Below, one piece after another: positions 1 through 11,945 of a DNA stretch of 57,091 bases. Source of the DNA: Octopus bimaculoides (taxonomy: Eukaryota); contig NC_068982.1 in assembly GCF_001194135.2 (NCBI RefSeq), positions 79,251,637-79,308,727 on the forward strand, given 5' to 3'. Position 1 is the first letter of the stretch. The number at the start of each line of letters is the position of its first letter. The translations under genes were made by a program, and so were the position numbers. The notes under the pieces are model-generated. The model saw only the letters and a list, made by a program, of their open reading frames with translations. It had not been told where the DNA came from and searched no databases.

Positions 1-365
1 ATATATATATATATATATATATATATAGATAGATAGATAGATAGATACAGACATATATGTATGTTATGCACATATGCGCATATAAACGTATATGCATACA
101 TATGGTTATGCACACATATACGTATATACTTACATACACATGCACACATATGTGGTACCTTTTGTATATGTACATGTGTGCACACACACACACATGCATG
201 CACACACACACACATGCACACACACACACACACTCACGCACACACATGCATTTATATCTTGCTGTCTGTTTTGATCTTGTGTTTGTATTTATGTATCCAT
301 ATACTTACGTATGCATATAAATGTATGTGTGAATGTGTGTGAGTGCGCGCGCGTATGTGTATGAG
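1..365. repeat. Compound (TA)n/(GATA)n/(CA)n microsatellite
   Basis: Directly visible di- and tetranucleotide runs; the ORFs here are repeat translations. Confidence 0.95.
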
Positions 366-524
366 CTTATGTGCGCTCGTGTTTGTACGTGAAAGAGAAT
401 AAAGATCGAACGAGAGATTCAGGATTTCCTGACTGGCTGAACGATAGAAAGCGACGTGACTGTGTGTGGGGTGGTGATGGTGGGAAGGGTACGAGGGACC
501 AGGGAATAAGCGAATTCGTCATTC

Positions 525-940
525 ATGCAGCAGCAGCAGCGGCAACAATAGTAGTAGTAATAGTAGTAGATGTAGTAGTAGTAGTAGTAGAATTAGTATT
601 GTATATTGTAGTGATGGTGGTAGTACTAGTGGGGGTGGTTAAGGTGGCGGTGGCAGTGGTGGTAGTTTTTAGTGATAGTAGTAGTATAAGTAGTAGTGGT
701 GGTGGTGGTAGTAGTAGTAGAATTATTATTGTGTATTGTAGTAATGGTGGTTGTACTAGTGGGCGTAGCAGTGTTGGTGGTTGTAGCGTTGGTAGTGATT
801 ACGGTGATAGTGGTTGTTGTAGTGGTATTTTTTTAGTGATAGCAGTAGTAGAGGTGATGTCGGTGGTGGTGGTGGTGTTGGTGTTGGTGTTGGTGTTGGT
901 TTTGGTTTTGGTAGTTGGCGTAATTATAGTAGCAGTAATC
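525..940. repeat. Degenerate (GCA)/(GTA)/(GTG)/(GTT) trinucleotide low-complexity tract
   Basis: Visible triplet arrays; the 371-958 ORF is poly-V/S low complexity. Confidence 0.9.
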
Positions 941-1261
941 GCCGCTGATACCTATTGATACCTAGGGTTGTGCGAAGTGTTTGGTATAAGGTTTTCAGGA
1001 TTGAAATCCTATAATGAAGACACCAAGACACCAGAAGTCGTTGAAGACGATTGTCAGGTTACTTCTCCAGAGAAGAAGGAATAAATGTTGTATGTGAAGA
1101 AGAATCAGTGAAAAATTGTCGAGTTATTAGGACTAGAGAGTTCCATGGATTGGTGACTGGATTTTTGCCAGTAAGTTGGATTCCCTTCTTTGGAATACAC
1201 TGGAAAGCAAGTTGAAATGTATAGATATACAGCATTATCTGCACTCAATCATTTATCTTTT

Positions 1262-1636
1262 TTTTTTTCGAGTCATTTAGACTTTGGCCATGGTGGAGCA
1301 CAACATTGAAGAATTTTAGTTGAACGAATCGGTTTTAGGACTTATTTTTAAAGCCTGGCAATTATTCTATCAGTCCTTTTGCCGAACCGCTAAGTTACGA
1401 GGACATAAATACACCAACACCGGTTATCAAGCGGTTGGTGGTGGACAAAAACAGACTAAAACACACACACACACAATATATATATGACGGACCTCTTTCA
1501 GTTTCCATCTACCAAATCCATTCACGATTCTTTGGTAGGCTCGAGGCTATAGTAGCAAACACTAACCCAAAGTGCCACGCAGTGGGACTGAACCCGGAAC
1601 CATACGCAAACTTCTTACCACACAGCCACGCCTATG
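1262..1636 (-). mobile_element. tRNA-derived SINE, family A (full length)
   Basis: Minus strand reads CATAGGCGTGGCTGTGTGGTAAGAAG...GGTTCAGTCCCACTGCGTGGCAC (A/B-box-like head), then ...GGATTTGGTAGATGGAAACTGAAAGAGG, a central CA/TA microsatellite and a 3' body shared with the copies at 9.2 and 37.3 kb. Confidence 0.85.
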
Positions 1637-2666
1637 AGTAAGTCTGTAACATTAATTGTACTCAATGTATAGTTATAACACATTATCTCTTTTTTATATG
1701 TAAGTACGCAGCACTCTCTGTGCTCAGTACAGGTTTCATCGAAGTCTTTTTTTTAGTATCATAAACAAGTCATGTGTGAATCTGCTTGAATTCGAAGGTA
1801 AAGCAAAGTCTGTTTTGAACTGAAGGTTTTGTGTTGTTATTCATGTGAAGGCTTTTGAAGAAAGCATCAAATATTGTGAGATGCAACATTTTCTGACATC
1901 TTAGTTTATATAGTTGGTTGTTGTAGTGCGCTGTTACTTATTTTATAGGTTTTAGCGATGTTACAGAATTTACTTTTAATTGTTTTGGGCTGTACACCTC
2001 TGCGATTTGTCCATGCCTGCTGTGTTCCTTGGACGGATTTGTGGCATGCTCAACGAGGGGAACCCTAAAACTCTTCTATTTCTTGAAAGAAGAAAATATT
2101 TTAAGTGTAACCTTACGTTGTCAGTGATATTCAGAACCTTCTTGCAGATCAGCCAATTTTGAAAGAGAGAGAAAGGGATAAGGAGTAGAGACAGAAGAAT
2201 CGGCTGCACTACATAACTGGTGTCTTATTTATCAACTCTAAAGGGTATTCGAACTCAGAAGAAGAGAATGTCAGGAAGATTATTACAAGGTTTATGTCTG
2301 ATGCACCAACGATTCTGTCTTTGAAGAACGCTAGACTGAAAATGTTTTCATTGAAAGATGCTTAGAGAATTTCTGTTAATGGAACATGTGTAGATCTGAC
2401 GGGAGGAATCTGGATTGTGTGACAGTGATGTCATATGCTTTGGCTGTAACTGTTAGTATTAGCAACAGCAACTTTAAGTATTGACTTTAGTGTTTGTTTA
2501 GTGTTTGGCTGCGAACCAGCCAACAGGGAAGACATTTTCCTGGTAGAATTAGGATCAAAGATATAATTTTAGAGTTTATAAAAAGTACCACGTACACTAA
2601 ATATTGAGTGTGGAGGGACAATAAGGTATGGCCGAATGGGCACAGCAACGTATGCTGTAGCTGGTG

Positions 2667-2886
2667 CGAGGGGGTGCTGAAAACTTCCTGGCTTTGGGTA
2701 ATAGAAAATACAGGAGGATCAGTTAATTATGATGATTTTATTCAATATATTCCTCTCAGATTCACACACTTATTGCAGCAGCCCTTCAGTTTTCTAAGTC
2801 CTGTAAAAAAAAAACTTGGATGATTGGGCCTCCAATCAGGCCTTTCACGACACCTTTAAAGCCAAGAACTTTTCAGCACCCCTTCG
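2667..2886. mobile_element. Mariner-type MITE (220 bp)
   Basis: 29-bp TIRs CGAGGGGGTGCTGAAAACTTCCTGGCTTT / AAAGCCAAGAACTTTTCAGCACCCCTTCG (3 mismatches). TA follows the right end; the left flank is TG (decayed TA). No coding capacity. Confidence 0.85.
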
Positions 2887-3141
2887 TATTTCTAGCAAGA
2901 TGGTTATTTCTTCTCTCGCCTTCATTGACTGTAACTTATGATGATTATGATGAGTTCAATGTCCACCACGGTGGATGTTATTTTTCCTCCGCCTGAGGTC
3001 GATAATGTAAATGCCAGTGATACGTAGAAATCAAATATATTGGTAATATCGTTTCTTAAGAAAACTCGACTTTCTGTAGTTAAAAGGAACTTACACAAAC
3101 ACGCGAGCGCACACATGTATGTATTATGAATATATATGTTT

Positions 3142-3174
<33 letters not shown>

Positions 3175-3859
3175 CGTATGTATGTGGATATACGTGAATA
3201 CAAGTATATACATATATGTACACAACACACATATGAACACACATGGACCACAGACATACACACACACTCATGTGTATATGTGACTATGTATTTGTGTGTA
3301 TGAAATGACTGTATGTACCGTATAAAATCAATAATACTAACACTGCCAAAAGTGACAAGATGAATATTGCAGCCACAACCTACACAATAACACACCGTCG
3401 CCATTACTAATTTCCAAGTCAGGAAGAAGAAAAAAAAAAAAACAGAAATGGCGACATGACCAGGATGTTGAACCGAAAGATGAAAGGCAAGTTCGATCTG
3501 TTTGTCTTTGAAATTCACGGCTCTTCTATCAAAACTTAATGACTGACACCTCCCAACTAACACGAACTACGACAACATAAAATCAACAAGAAAAACAATA
3601 ATAATAACAGCCGTTGGTCAACAACAACAACAACAAGAACAATAAAAAAAGCAACAACAGCAAAGGCGACGACCACGACGATATAGACTGCGGTGATGAT
3701 GATAAATACTTAAAATGTCTTGAAATTATCTCCCTTGTTTTATATTTTACTTGTTTCAGTTACAGGATTGCGGCCGTGCTGAGGCTAAAAGAAGTTGATC
3801 CCAGTACTTACGGTGGTGGTGGTGGTCAAGTACAAACAGAAAGATACACACACACACGC

Positions 3860-3899
<40 letters not shown>

Positions 3900-4714
3900 A
3901 TACATATATGTAAGTATGTATGTATATATATGTATATATATATGTGTGCGTATGTGTGTATGTATATATATCTATATCTACGTATGTATGCATGTATATA
4001 TGTATATATGTATATATATTCATATATATACATGTATGCATGTATATATGTATATATGTATATATGTATATATATATATATATAATAATNNNNNNNNNNN
4101 NNNNNNNNNNNNNNNNNNNNNNNNNNNNNNNNNNNNNNNNNNNNNNNNNNNNNNNNNNNNNNNNNNNNNNNNNNNNNNNNNNNNNNNNNNNNNNNNNNNN
4201 NNNNNNNNNNNNNNNNNNNNNNNNNNNNNNNNNNNNNNNNNNNNNNNNNNNNNNNNNNNNNNNNNNNNNNNNNNNNNNNNNNNNNNNNNNNNNNNNNNNN
4301 NNNNNNNNNNNNNNNNNNNNNNNNNNNNNNNNNNNNNNNNNNNNNNNNNNNNNNNNNNNNNNNNNNNNNNNNNNNNNNNNNNNNNNNNNNNNNNNNNNNN
4401 NNNNNNNNNNNNNNNNNNNNNNNNNNNNNNNNNNNNNNNNNNNNNNNNNNNNNNNNNNNNNNNNNNNNNNNNNNNNNNNNNNNNNNNNNNNNNNNNNNNN
4501 NNNNNNNNNNNNNNNNNNNNNNNNNNNNNNNNNNNNNNNNNNNNNNNNNNNNNNNNNNNNNNNNNNNNNNNNNNNNNNNNNNNNNNNNNNNNNNNNNNNN
4601 NNNNNNNNNNNNNNNNNNNNNNNNNNNNNNNNNNNNNNNNNNNNNNNNNNNNNNNNNNNNNNNNNNNNNNTATATATATATACATACACACACACACACA
4701 CACACACAGAAGAT

Positions 4715-5490
4715 GCATTCATTCCAGGAGTTTTGAAACATTTTCAAGAGAGACATTTATTAATTTCAAAGAAGTACAAAACTCTTCAAAGTAGGGCGCT
4801 CTGGCCTCAATGCATTTATTGAAGCGCTCCAGCCACTGCATGAAGGCCCCATGGAAGTCCTCTTAGTGAAGGGGACCACAACCCTTGTCACAGCATCCTT
4901 CATCTTCTCGTGCAGCTTGATGAACAACCAAGAGTCACAGGGAGCAAGATTTGGACTGTAGGGTGGGTGAGGGACAGTTTTGGTGCCTGTCTTTGACAAG
5001 TAGTTGGTTACCAGGCAGGAATTAATGGAATGTTGCATTGTCCCGGGGCTGGTGCTCTGGCCTCTTGAGACAGAATCTCATCCTGAACTCTCTCCAAACC
5101 TATGCAAAATACTCTTTGTTGACCATCTGAAGAGAGAGAACCCACTGGATATAGATTATGCCCTTGGTATCGAAAAAATGGATCGTCATGAGCTTCTCAG
5201 TGGACTTCCTTCCTATGCCTGGCCTCTTGAGCCAGCGAACGACAGATGGCTCAGCTCGTATAAATTAATCCACAAACAATGTGGAACATTTCATAAGTTT
5301 CTGTTGTACTTCTACTCAATTTCACACAAAACTTTATTGCATAGCGAGCTTCCAAATTGTCTTCACATCCCGATGGCTACATTCTGCAAAGTAGTCAGCT
5401 GTGACGAGTAGTGCTTCGTTGGGTGTGTTCAAAGTGTAGTTACAGTTGTGTCTTTCAATCTGGAATACTAAAAGCTGGCAGGTTGGCTTT
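4715..5490 (-). mobile_element. Internally deleted mariner (Tc1/mariner, DD34D-like) transposon relic
   Basis: Manual minus-strand translation gives the N-terminal EARYAIKFCVKLSRSTTETYEMF, then KSTEKLMTIHFFDTKGIIYIQWV...VNKEYF...RDNA and HPPYSPNLAPCDSWLF (mariner YSPDLAPxD motif). Stops and frameshifts are present; ends are approximate. Confidence 0.9.
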
Positions 5491-5702
5491 TATTAGATGT
5501 ATAGTAATGATATACTGAAATTACAATTATCTAGGATAGTATAAAGGCCCCTCTTAAAAAGGTATATATATATATATATATATATNNNNNNNNNNNNNNN
5601 NNNNNNNNNNNNNNNNNNNNNNNNNNNNNNNNNNNNNNNNNNNNNNNNNNNNNNNNNNNNNNNNNNNNNNNNNNNNNNNNNNNNNNNNNNNNNNNNNNNN
5701 NN

Positions 5703-5900
5703 TGTGTACAGGACGTCACCAACGATGCAAATAACATGAAATACGTAAACAAACGAGTTAGATACGTAAACAACGAGAAGAAATAGAGAACAGGACAAGT
5801 AAACGCAGAGAAAGGACCCTTCATCAGTTGTCCGCTGTCTATCTACTCCTCGTTTCGAGCATTCAACGACAATATGCGTCTTCAAAGGCAGTTGTTCTCA
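5703..5900 (-). repeat. Interspersed repeat fragment (family C)
   Basis: Minus strand ends ...GACGTCCTGTACACA, matching GTCCTGTACCCAGATATGCA at about 12.94 kb; family identity is otherwise from recall of octopus repeats. Confidence 0.5.
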
Positions 5901-5970
5901 TAAATTCTAAAATAAAATTTAGAATTTATGGAGGGTCAAAGTTGAGAACAAAAACATGACAGTGGAGACA

Positions 5971-7200
5971 TCGAAGGTTTTCCTTACGTAACTCATTAGT
6001 AAGGCAAATTCTTTTATTAACCGTATTAGATGGCTTGCCTTTTCTTTCGACAATAACGACATTAAACAGCCCTATAACGATCTAACTTCTTAATTCAAAA
6101 AACTGTTTAAATATAAAAACAATCCTCCACATAACCCAAGATTGAAACAGTTTGAAGACGATCTCTGGTCTATCGTGAGGAATGTGAAATTCCACCGTTC
6201 ACCCTTAAGGAATAAACATCTGAGGTATCTTCACAATATCACCAGAGAAATTCATAACATGGATGGAATACTGGTTCAATCGGATAAAACAGGAAATCTA
6301 TACAGGCTTACCAAGGATTATTACCTAGAATTGCTTAGAAAAGAAATACAAAAGAATTATAGGATTACCGGTAAAAGTGCAATGAGAAAAGCCAACCCTG
6401 AGGCTAAGAAAATTATGGAGAAATATGACTTACAAATTAAGACCGAACCTCTTGATCCCAAACAACCTCGGTTTATTTTAAAAGATCACAAACAAAATGT
6501 GTTTTAATAACCCAACTTTACGACTTATTTGTCCTTCTAGCTCTGATATTGGTGTACTTAGCAAAAATATTCTCGATAAATATGTTCCTACCTTAGTTAA
6601 AAAATTACAGCTTAATTTATGGTCTCATTTGCTCCAAGTGGTTGACTGGTTTAATTATATTAATAACAAGAAGTGTACTATGTTTATCCAGTTTGACAAT
6701 CCTAGTTTCTATTCATCTATCAACCCAATCGTACTCAACAAAGCACTCTGACTCGCTCGCAACAAAGCAGGTCTCACCAGGTATGAAATTAATGCCGCGT
6801 TAGCCGCAAGAAAATCTATTATTAAATTTGATAACAAGCTGTGGGTCCGTAAAAATACGCCCGACAGTTTTGACGTCACGATGGGATCTGATTCAGCACA
6901 AATCGCTGATTTGGTTGGTATATATATCCTTTATGAGATGGCTACCCAAATTCCCAAACATCAATGGATGATTGTCTACTCTACCTTCAAAATGCTTCTA
7001 ACCAAAAATTACAAAGGGTTAAGAATAGCTTGGTTAAATTTTTCCGAAACATGGGCTTAAGCATTATTTTTGATAATGATATAACTAAAGCCAACTTTTT
7101 GGATATTACCCTTAACTTGCATAATGATTCATATTTCCCATACCACAAATCCTCAACTAATTTAAAATATATTAGCTTTTTCAGTAATCAATCCTAAGGC
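5971..7200 (+). pseudogene. PLE reverse transcriptase (disrupted)
   Basis: LISKANSFINRIRWLAF; LKQFEDDL; SDKTGNLY; FILKDHKQN...PTLRLICPSSSDIGVLSKNILD; FIQFDNPSFYSSI; FDVTMGS (6868); MDDCL (degenerate YxDD); NFLDITLNL...YFPYHK. Broken by stops and frameshifts. Confidence 0.9.
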
Positions 7201-7878
7201 TATTATAAAGAATTTAGTTAGGAATATTTCACTTAGACCTTCTAGATTATCTACTAATGTTGATATCTTCAACGATAAAGCTGAATTTTATAACTCTGCC
7301 TTACTTAAAGCAGGCTATAAAGAAAACATTACCAATATTAACGCTATTGACATTAATTCTACCTCTATTAATCGGGACATGAAATCAAGCCATAACGATA
7401 TTAACAATATTAATTTTAGTTCGAATAACAACACTAAATCGAGTAGTGTAATTCTGCTGCGTAAGGGAGATAACCGTAATTTAAGACCTTTTTTCGTTAT
7501 AAAGGTACATCGAGGACTTTTAAACATACCCTAATAACAAGGTATGTTTGGTTAATAATTCCATATGGTAAGCAGATCAAATTCAATCACCCTTACCAGT
7601 TTCGTGAAGCTATAGAAAAGAATTTCCCAAGAAATTCAAGATACTATTCGATTATTAATTCATACCGAATCAGGATTGGGTTTTCTAACACCAAAAATCT
7701 TCCACAAATCATCTCTTTGCATAATAATAAGTTGTTAAATACAAATCCACTTAATGAAAATAGTAACATTGATATTATTAACACTAACCATTCTTTAAAT
7801 AATAATAGTAGCGGTGTTAGTGTTTCTGATGTGGATTCCAATTGCATTCGTTTCCTTAGCAGTAATTCTAAGACTAGA

Positions 7879-8246
7879 AACTTTATTTATCAATGTAAAA
7901 TTACTTCTGGTTCTGACGTCTTTTTTTTTGTATATAGGTAGTTCTTCATTTCAGTTGTTCAAGAGAATATCTAATAATTACTCTACATTTAGACATATCA
8001 ATAAACGTAACAATACTGGGCTTAGTAAATTAATTTGGTATCTAAAGGATCATAATAAACAATTTGATTTGGAACGGAATAGTCTACCTATATCATTTCC
8101 GTATGATAAAAGGTAAATCTTTTTATCCGCTTTGTAACGATGAATTGTATTTCATCCTGTTCTCGGAGAATCCTCTTGTAAACACGTTTATAGAACGCGT
8201 TTATCGTTGCAAATATTGGCAAAAACACACCTTCAGTTCCTATTAG
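7879..8246 (+). pseudogene. PLE C-terminal GIY-YIG endonuclease (disrupted)
   Basis: NFIYQCKI (7879), then after a frameshift in the T-run at 7921-7929, YIGSSS...FKRISNNYSTFRH...NNTGLSKLIWYLKD; ends ...LCNDELYFIL...RCKYWQKH at stop 8246. Confidence 0.85.
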
Positions 8247-8534
8247 TGATTTCTACCACTCTATAAAATTCGACTTTTGACTGTCTTCTTTCATTTCACT
8301 TCCACTAAATATATCTACTTCCAAGCCTTTAAGCTTTATTCCTATTCATCTATCGCTCTATATATCTCCACTAATAATTGCCCTGCTAATTTCTTTTTTT
8401 TCTCTCCTCCTTCTCATTCTATAAACTACCTTTGACGTTATATCTATTAAGGGTTTTAAAAAAACTTGATAGTGTTCTCTTCATCATATAGGCTGTCATC
8501 ACATTCTGTTAAAATGTCTTATTGATGTGTTTGG

Positions 8535-8636
8535 TTTCTTTCCTTCCCTGATGAGAAGATTACATTGTTTTACACCATTTTATTCCTTCTGGAATAATAC
8601 CAATGTTTTCTTCGAAACATGTCAGAAGTAAAAAGA
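8535..8636 (+). ncRNA. Type I hammerhead ribozyme motif with extended stem II
   Basis: CTGATGA 8548-8554; stem II GAAG 8555-58 / CTTC 8610-13, extended by ACATTG/CAATGT and TTATTCC-TTCT-GGAATAA; GAAA 8614-17; palindromic stem III ACATGT; cleavage triplet GTC (C at 8623); stem I CTTC/GAAG with a C-A mismatch at the closing pair. Confidence 0.8.
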
Positions 8637-8662
8637 TTTGAAAAATGCCTACATTTAACTTC

Positions 8663-8698
<36 letters not shown>

Positions 8699-9186
8699 NN
8701 NNNNNNNNNNNNNNNNNNNNNNNNNNNNNNNNNNNNNNNNNNNNNNNNNNNNNNNNNNNNNNNNNNNNNNNNNNNNNNNNNNNNNNNNNNNNNNNNNNNN
8801 NNNNNNNNNNNNNNNNNNNNNNNNNNNNNNNNNNNNNNNNNNNNNNNNNNNNNNNNNNNNNNNNNNNNNNNNNNNNNNNNNNNNNNGATACAATGAAGTA
8901 TCAACACTTCAGTACATTCAGCGAGTCTCTCAATTTCAATGATTTTAAGAAAATCTTTTGCATTCTCAAGAATCTGTTAATGACTGGAACGTGCTATGTT
9001 CTTTATTGTAATTGAGAAACTTGCAGAGATACAGAATTACCTTTTGTAATGACATTTGTAGGTAGTCTAAAGAGAGACATTAGGTATGTTACAGAAATGC
9101 ACATTTCTAGGAACTTTAAAATATTGTTAGGACATTTTGAAACAACATGATTTAATCCTGAATGTTTACCTGAACATGAACGTTGA

Positions 9187-9573
9187 GATAACTGTGTGAT
9201 TAAGAAGCTCGCTTTGCAGCTACGCGGTTTCAGGTTCAATCTTAATGTGCAGTCTCTTGAGCAAAAGTCGCTTACCATAACTCCGGGTCGACCAATGCCT
9301 TGTGAGTAAATTTGGTCGAGGGTAACTGTGTGGAAGACTATCGTATACACACACATATGCGTGTGTGTATGTGTGTGAGTGTGCATTTTTGTCTATTTGC
9401 CCACCTCCATCTGATAACAGGTGTTTTTTTGACGTCTCCTAACTGAGTGGTTCGAGAAAAGGAACCGATAGAATCAGTACCAGACTAAAAATCGTACCTA
9501 CTGGGGTCTATGTGTCCTACCATGGCTACTGTTCATTGACTGAAACAAGTTAACAATAAAAGATAAAAGAAAG
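9187..9573 (+). mobile_element. SINE family A (diverged, full length)
   Basis: CTGTGTGATTAAGAAGCTCGC head, GGGTCGACCAATGCCTTGTGAGTAAATTTGGT core, central CA/GT repeat, ACCGATAGAAT and GACTGAAACAAGT 3' body, A-rich tail. Confidence 0.75.
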
Positions 9574-9957
9574 ATCGATCTTAGAATGATGTTTTAGAAA
9601 TGACAATGTGAAAATATGGAACAGACAGACCATTAAAAATAATTTAACAACCACGACAAAAATTAGTGGTGTATTAATAACGGATATCAAAATGGACACA
9701 ACAATACTAAATGACTATAATATCTTGTTGAAGAGAAGTGAGCTGAAAACTAAATAATGATACTGACCAAGGTGTTAATTTAAAAATATTCAGCTAAGGA
9801 ATGTATTTTATCACCATATTATTAAAGAAAAAATATTAGTAAATTACCTCTGAGGATAGCCATGTGAATATGCGAGAAAATATCAATAGTATGGTTTGTA
9901 AACATTCGTAGCGCCGCATTTAACATGTTCGTTAAACTTGAGCCCTTTCTCACTCTC

Positions 9958-10440
<483 letters not shown>

Positions 10441-10569
10441 ATGTGCTAGGCTCACATTGGTTTCCAATCATGGATCTTCAAATTTTGAAGGTTTATGAAG
10501 TTTTGGGGAGAGAGGTTTCCGTTGTCATTTGCAGATCTATTAACACATTACTCTGCTAGTTTTCTGGTT

Positions 10570-10745
10570 GTGGGGATGCGTGCCTTAGTAATTAGTGTGT
10601 TGGACTCATGATCGCAAGATTGTGGTTTCGATTCCTGGACCGGGTAAGTCAGCTGGCCAAAATGAGTAATCCTGCGACGGACCGGCGTCCCGTCCAGGAG
10701 GGGAATTTATACGCCATGAAACTGGGAAACCGGTCCTTATGATCC
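10570..10745 (+). mobile_element. tRNA-derived SINE, family B
   Basis: TGCCTTAGTAATTAG A-box-like, GTTTCGATTCC B-box (10625-35), then CCTGCGACGGACCGGCGTCCCGTCCAGG; a related copy lies at 54.2 kb. Confidence 0.7.
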
Positions 10746-11139
10746 GTGAAGGTAACTTTACCTTTTTCTTTTCTTTTTCTTTTAGTTTCCTGTTTTCCAT
10801 ACCTTTGAGACACAGCACCCATTTTACCTGTTGGTAGAGGCACAGATCGATGTAGCATTAAAGCACGTCCACACCGGTAGATCTCTGTAACTCATGGCGA
10901 GGTGTAATTCCTCTCCCAAGGATTGTATATCTTAACCACAGAGCCATCTTCTCATATTTGACTGAGACACTGAACACTTACCATCATCCCAGGTCAGAGA
11001 GAACCGAAACTCTTAAACTGCAGAGCTGGATCCACACTACCGGATGCAGCTCAATGTCTTGTCCAAGACATTATTTTGAGCGTCCTTCATAATCTAGCTA
11101 TTTAATCCTTACTTTAAGAAATTATTGTATTTCTCAAAC

Positions 11140-11263
11140 AAGTAGTAGTAGTAGTAGTAGTAGCAGCAGCAGCAGCAGTAATAGTATTTGTAGTAATAGA
11201 TTTAAAGGAGAAGAAGAAGAAGAAGAAGAAGAAGAAGAAGAAGAAGAAGAAGAAGAAGAAGAA

Positions 11264-11294
<31 letters not shown>

Positions 11295-11356
11295 TAGAAG
11301 AAGAAGAAGAAGAAGAAGAAGAAGAAGAAGAAGAAGAAGAAGAAGAAGAAGAAGAA

Positions 11357-11392
<36 letters not shown>

Positions 11393-11864
11393 AACGACAG
11401 TGACCATGACGTCGAAAACAACGACAATGATGAGGAGGAAGAAAGAGATGAAAAAGAAAAAGAAAAAAGAAAATGAAGAACAAAAAGTAAATGAATAGAA
11501 AATGCTGGCGATGTTGCTGCTGCTGCTGGCTATGCAGAAGAAAAAGAGGCGGAGGAGAAGGAGGTGGAGGAAAAGAAGAAAGTAAGAGGTGGAAATGATG
11601 ATGATGATGATGATGATGATATAGTAGTAGCAGTAGCTGTAGTAATGGTAGTAGTAGTAATAATAGTGAAGAAGAAGAAGAAGAAGAAGAAGAAGAAGAA
11701 GAGCCAAAGAGAAATTAAAGAAGAAAAACCTGAAGAAATGCGAAAACACCTAAAACAGCAAACAAATCAAAAAACAAAAACGATCAAAATGGAAGAAAAT
11801 AAAGAAAATTATAAATAAGTTTAAAAATAACGAAATACAAGAAGAAGAAGAAGAAGAAGAAGAA

Positions 11865-11911
<47 letters not shown>

Positions 11912-11945
11912 AGAAGAAGAAGAAGAAGAAGAAGAAGAAGAAATG
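11140..11945. repeat. (GTA)n/(GAA)n/(GAT)n trinucleotide arrays
   Basis: Long pure GAA runs at about 11210-11355 and 11838-11941. Confidence 0.95.

Larger units (their letters stand above)
5970..8640 (+). mobile_element. Penelope-like retroelement (PLE), near full-length and decayed, with 3' UTR/pLTR
   Basis: Colinear fragments of a single RT-GIY-YIG ORF (see sub-features), followed ~300 nt later by a hammerhead motif, as established for PLE pseudo-LTRs. Confidence 0.9.

Noticed and set aside
371-958. 195-aa ORF, and likewise all long ORFs rich in YI/HT/CV/SL/poly-X in the track
   Set aside because: They are translations of microsatellites or N-runs with no domain signal.
5821-5885. Minus-strand TTGAAGA-C-GCAT...ATGC-TC-GAAAC plus a separate CTGATGA, next to the 5' end of the PLE
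   Set aside because: C3 is mutated, there is no GUH triplet after GAAAC, and the second CTGATGA has no downstream GAAA. It also does not match the PLE 3' pLTR. Worth rechecking only on the family consensus.
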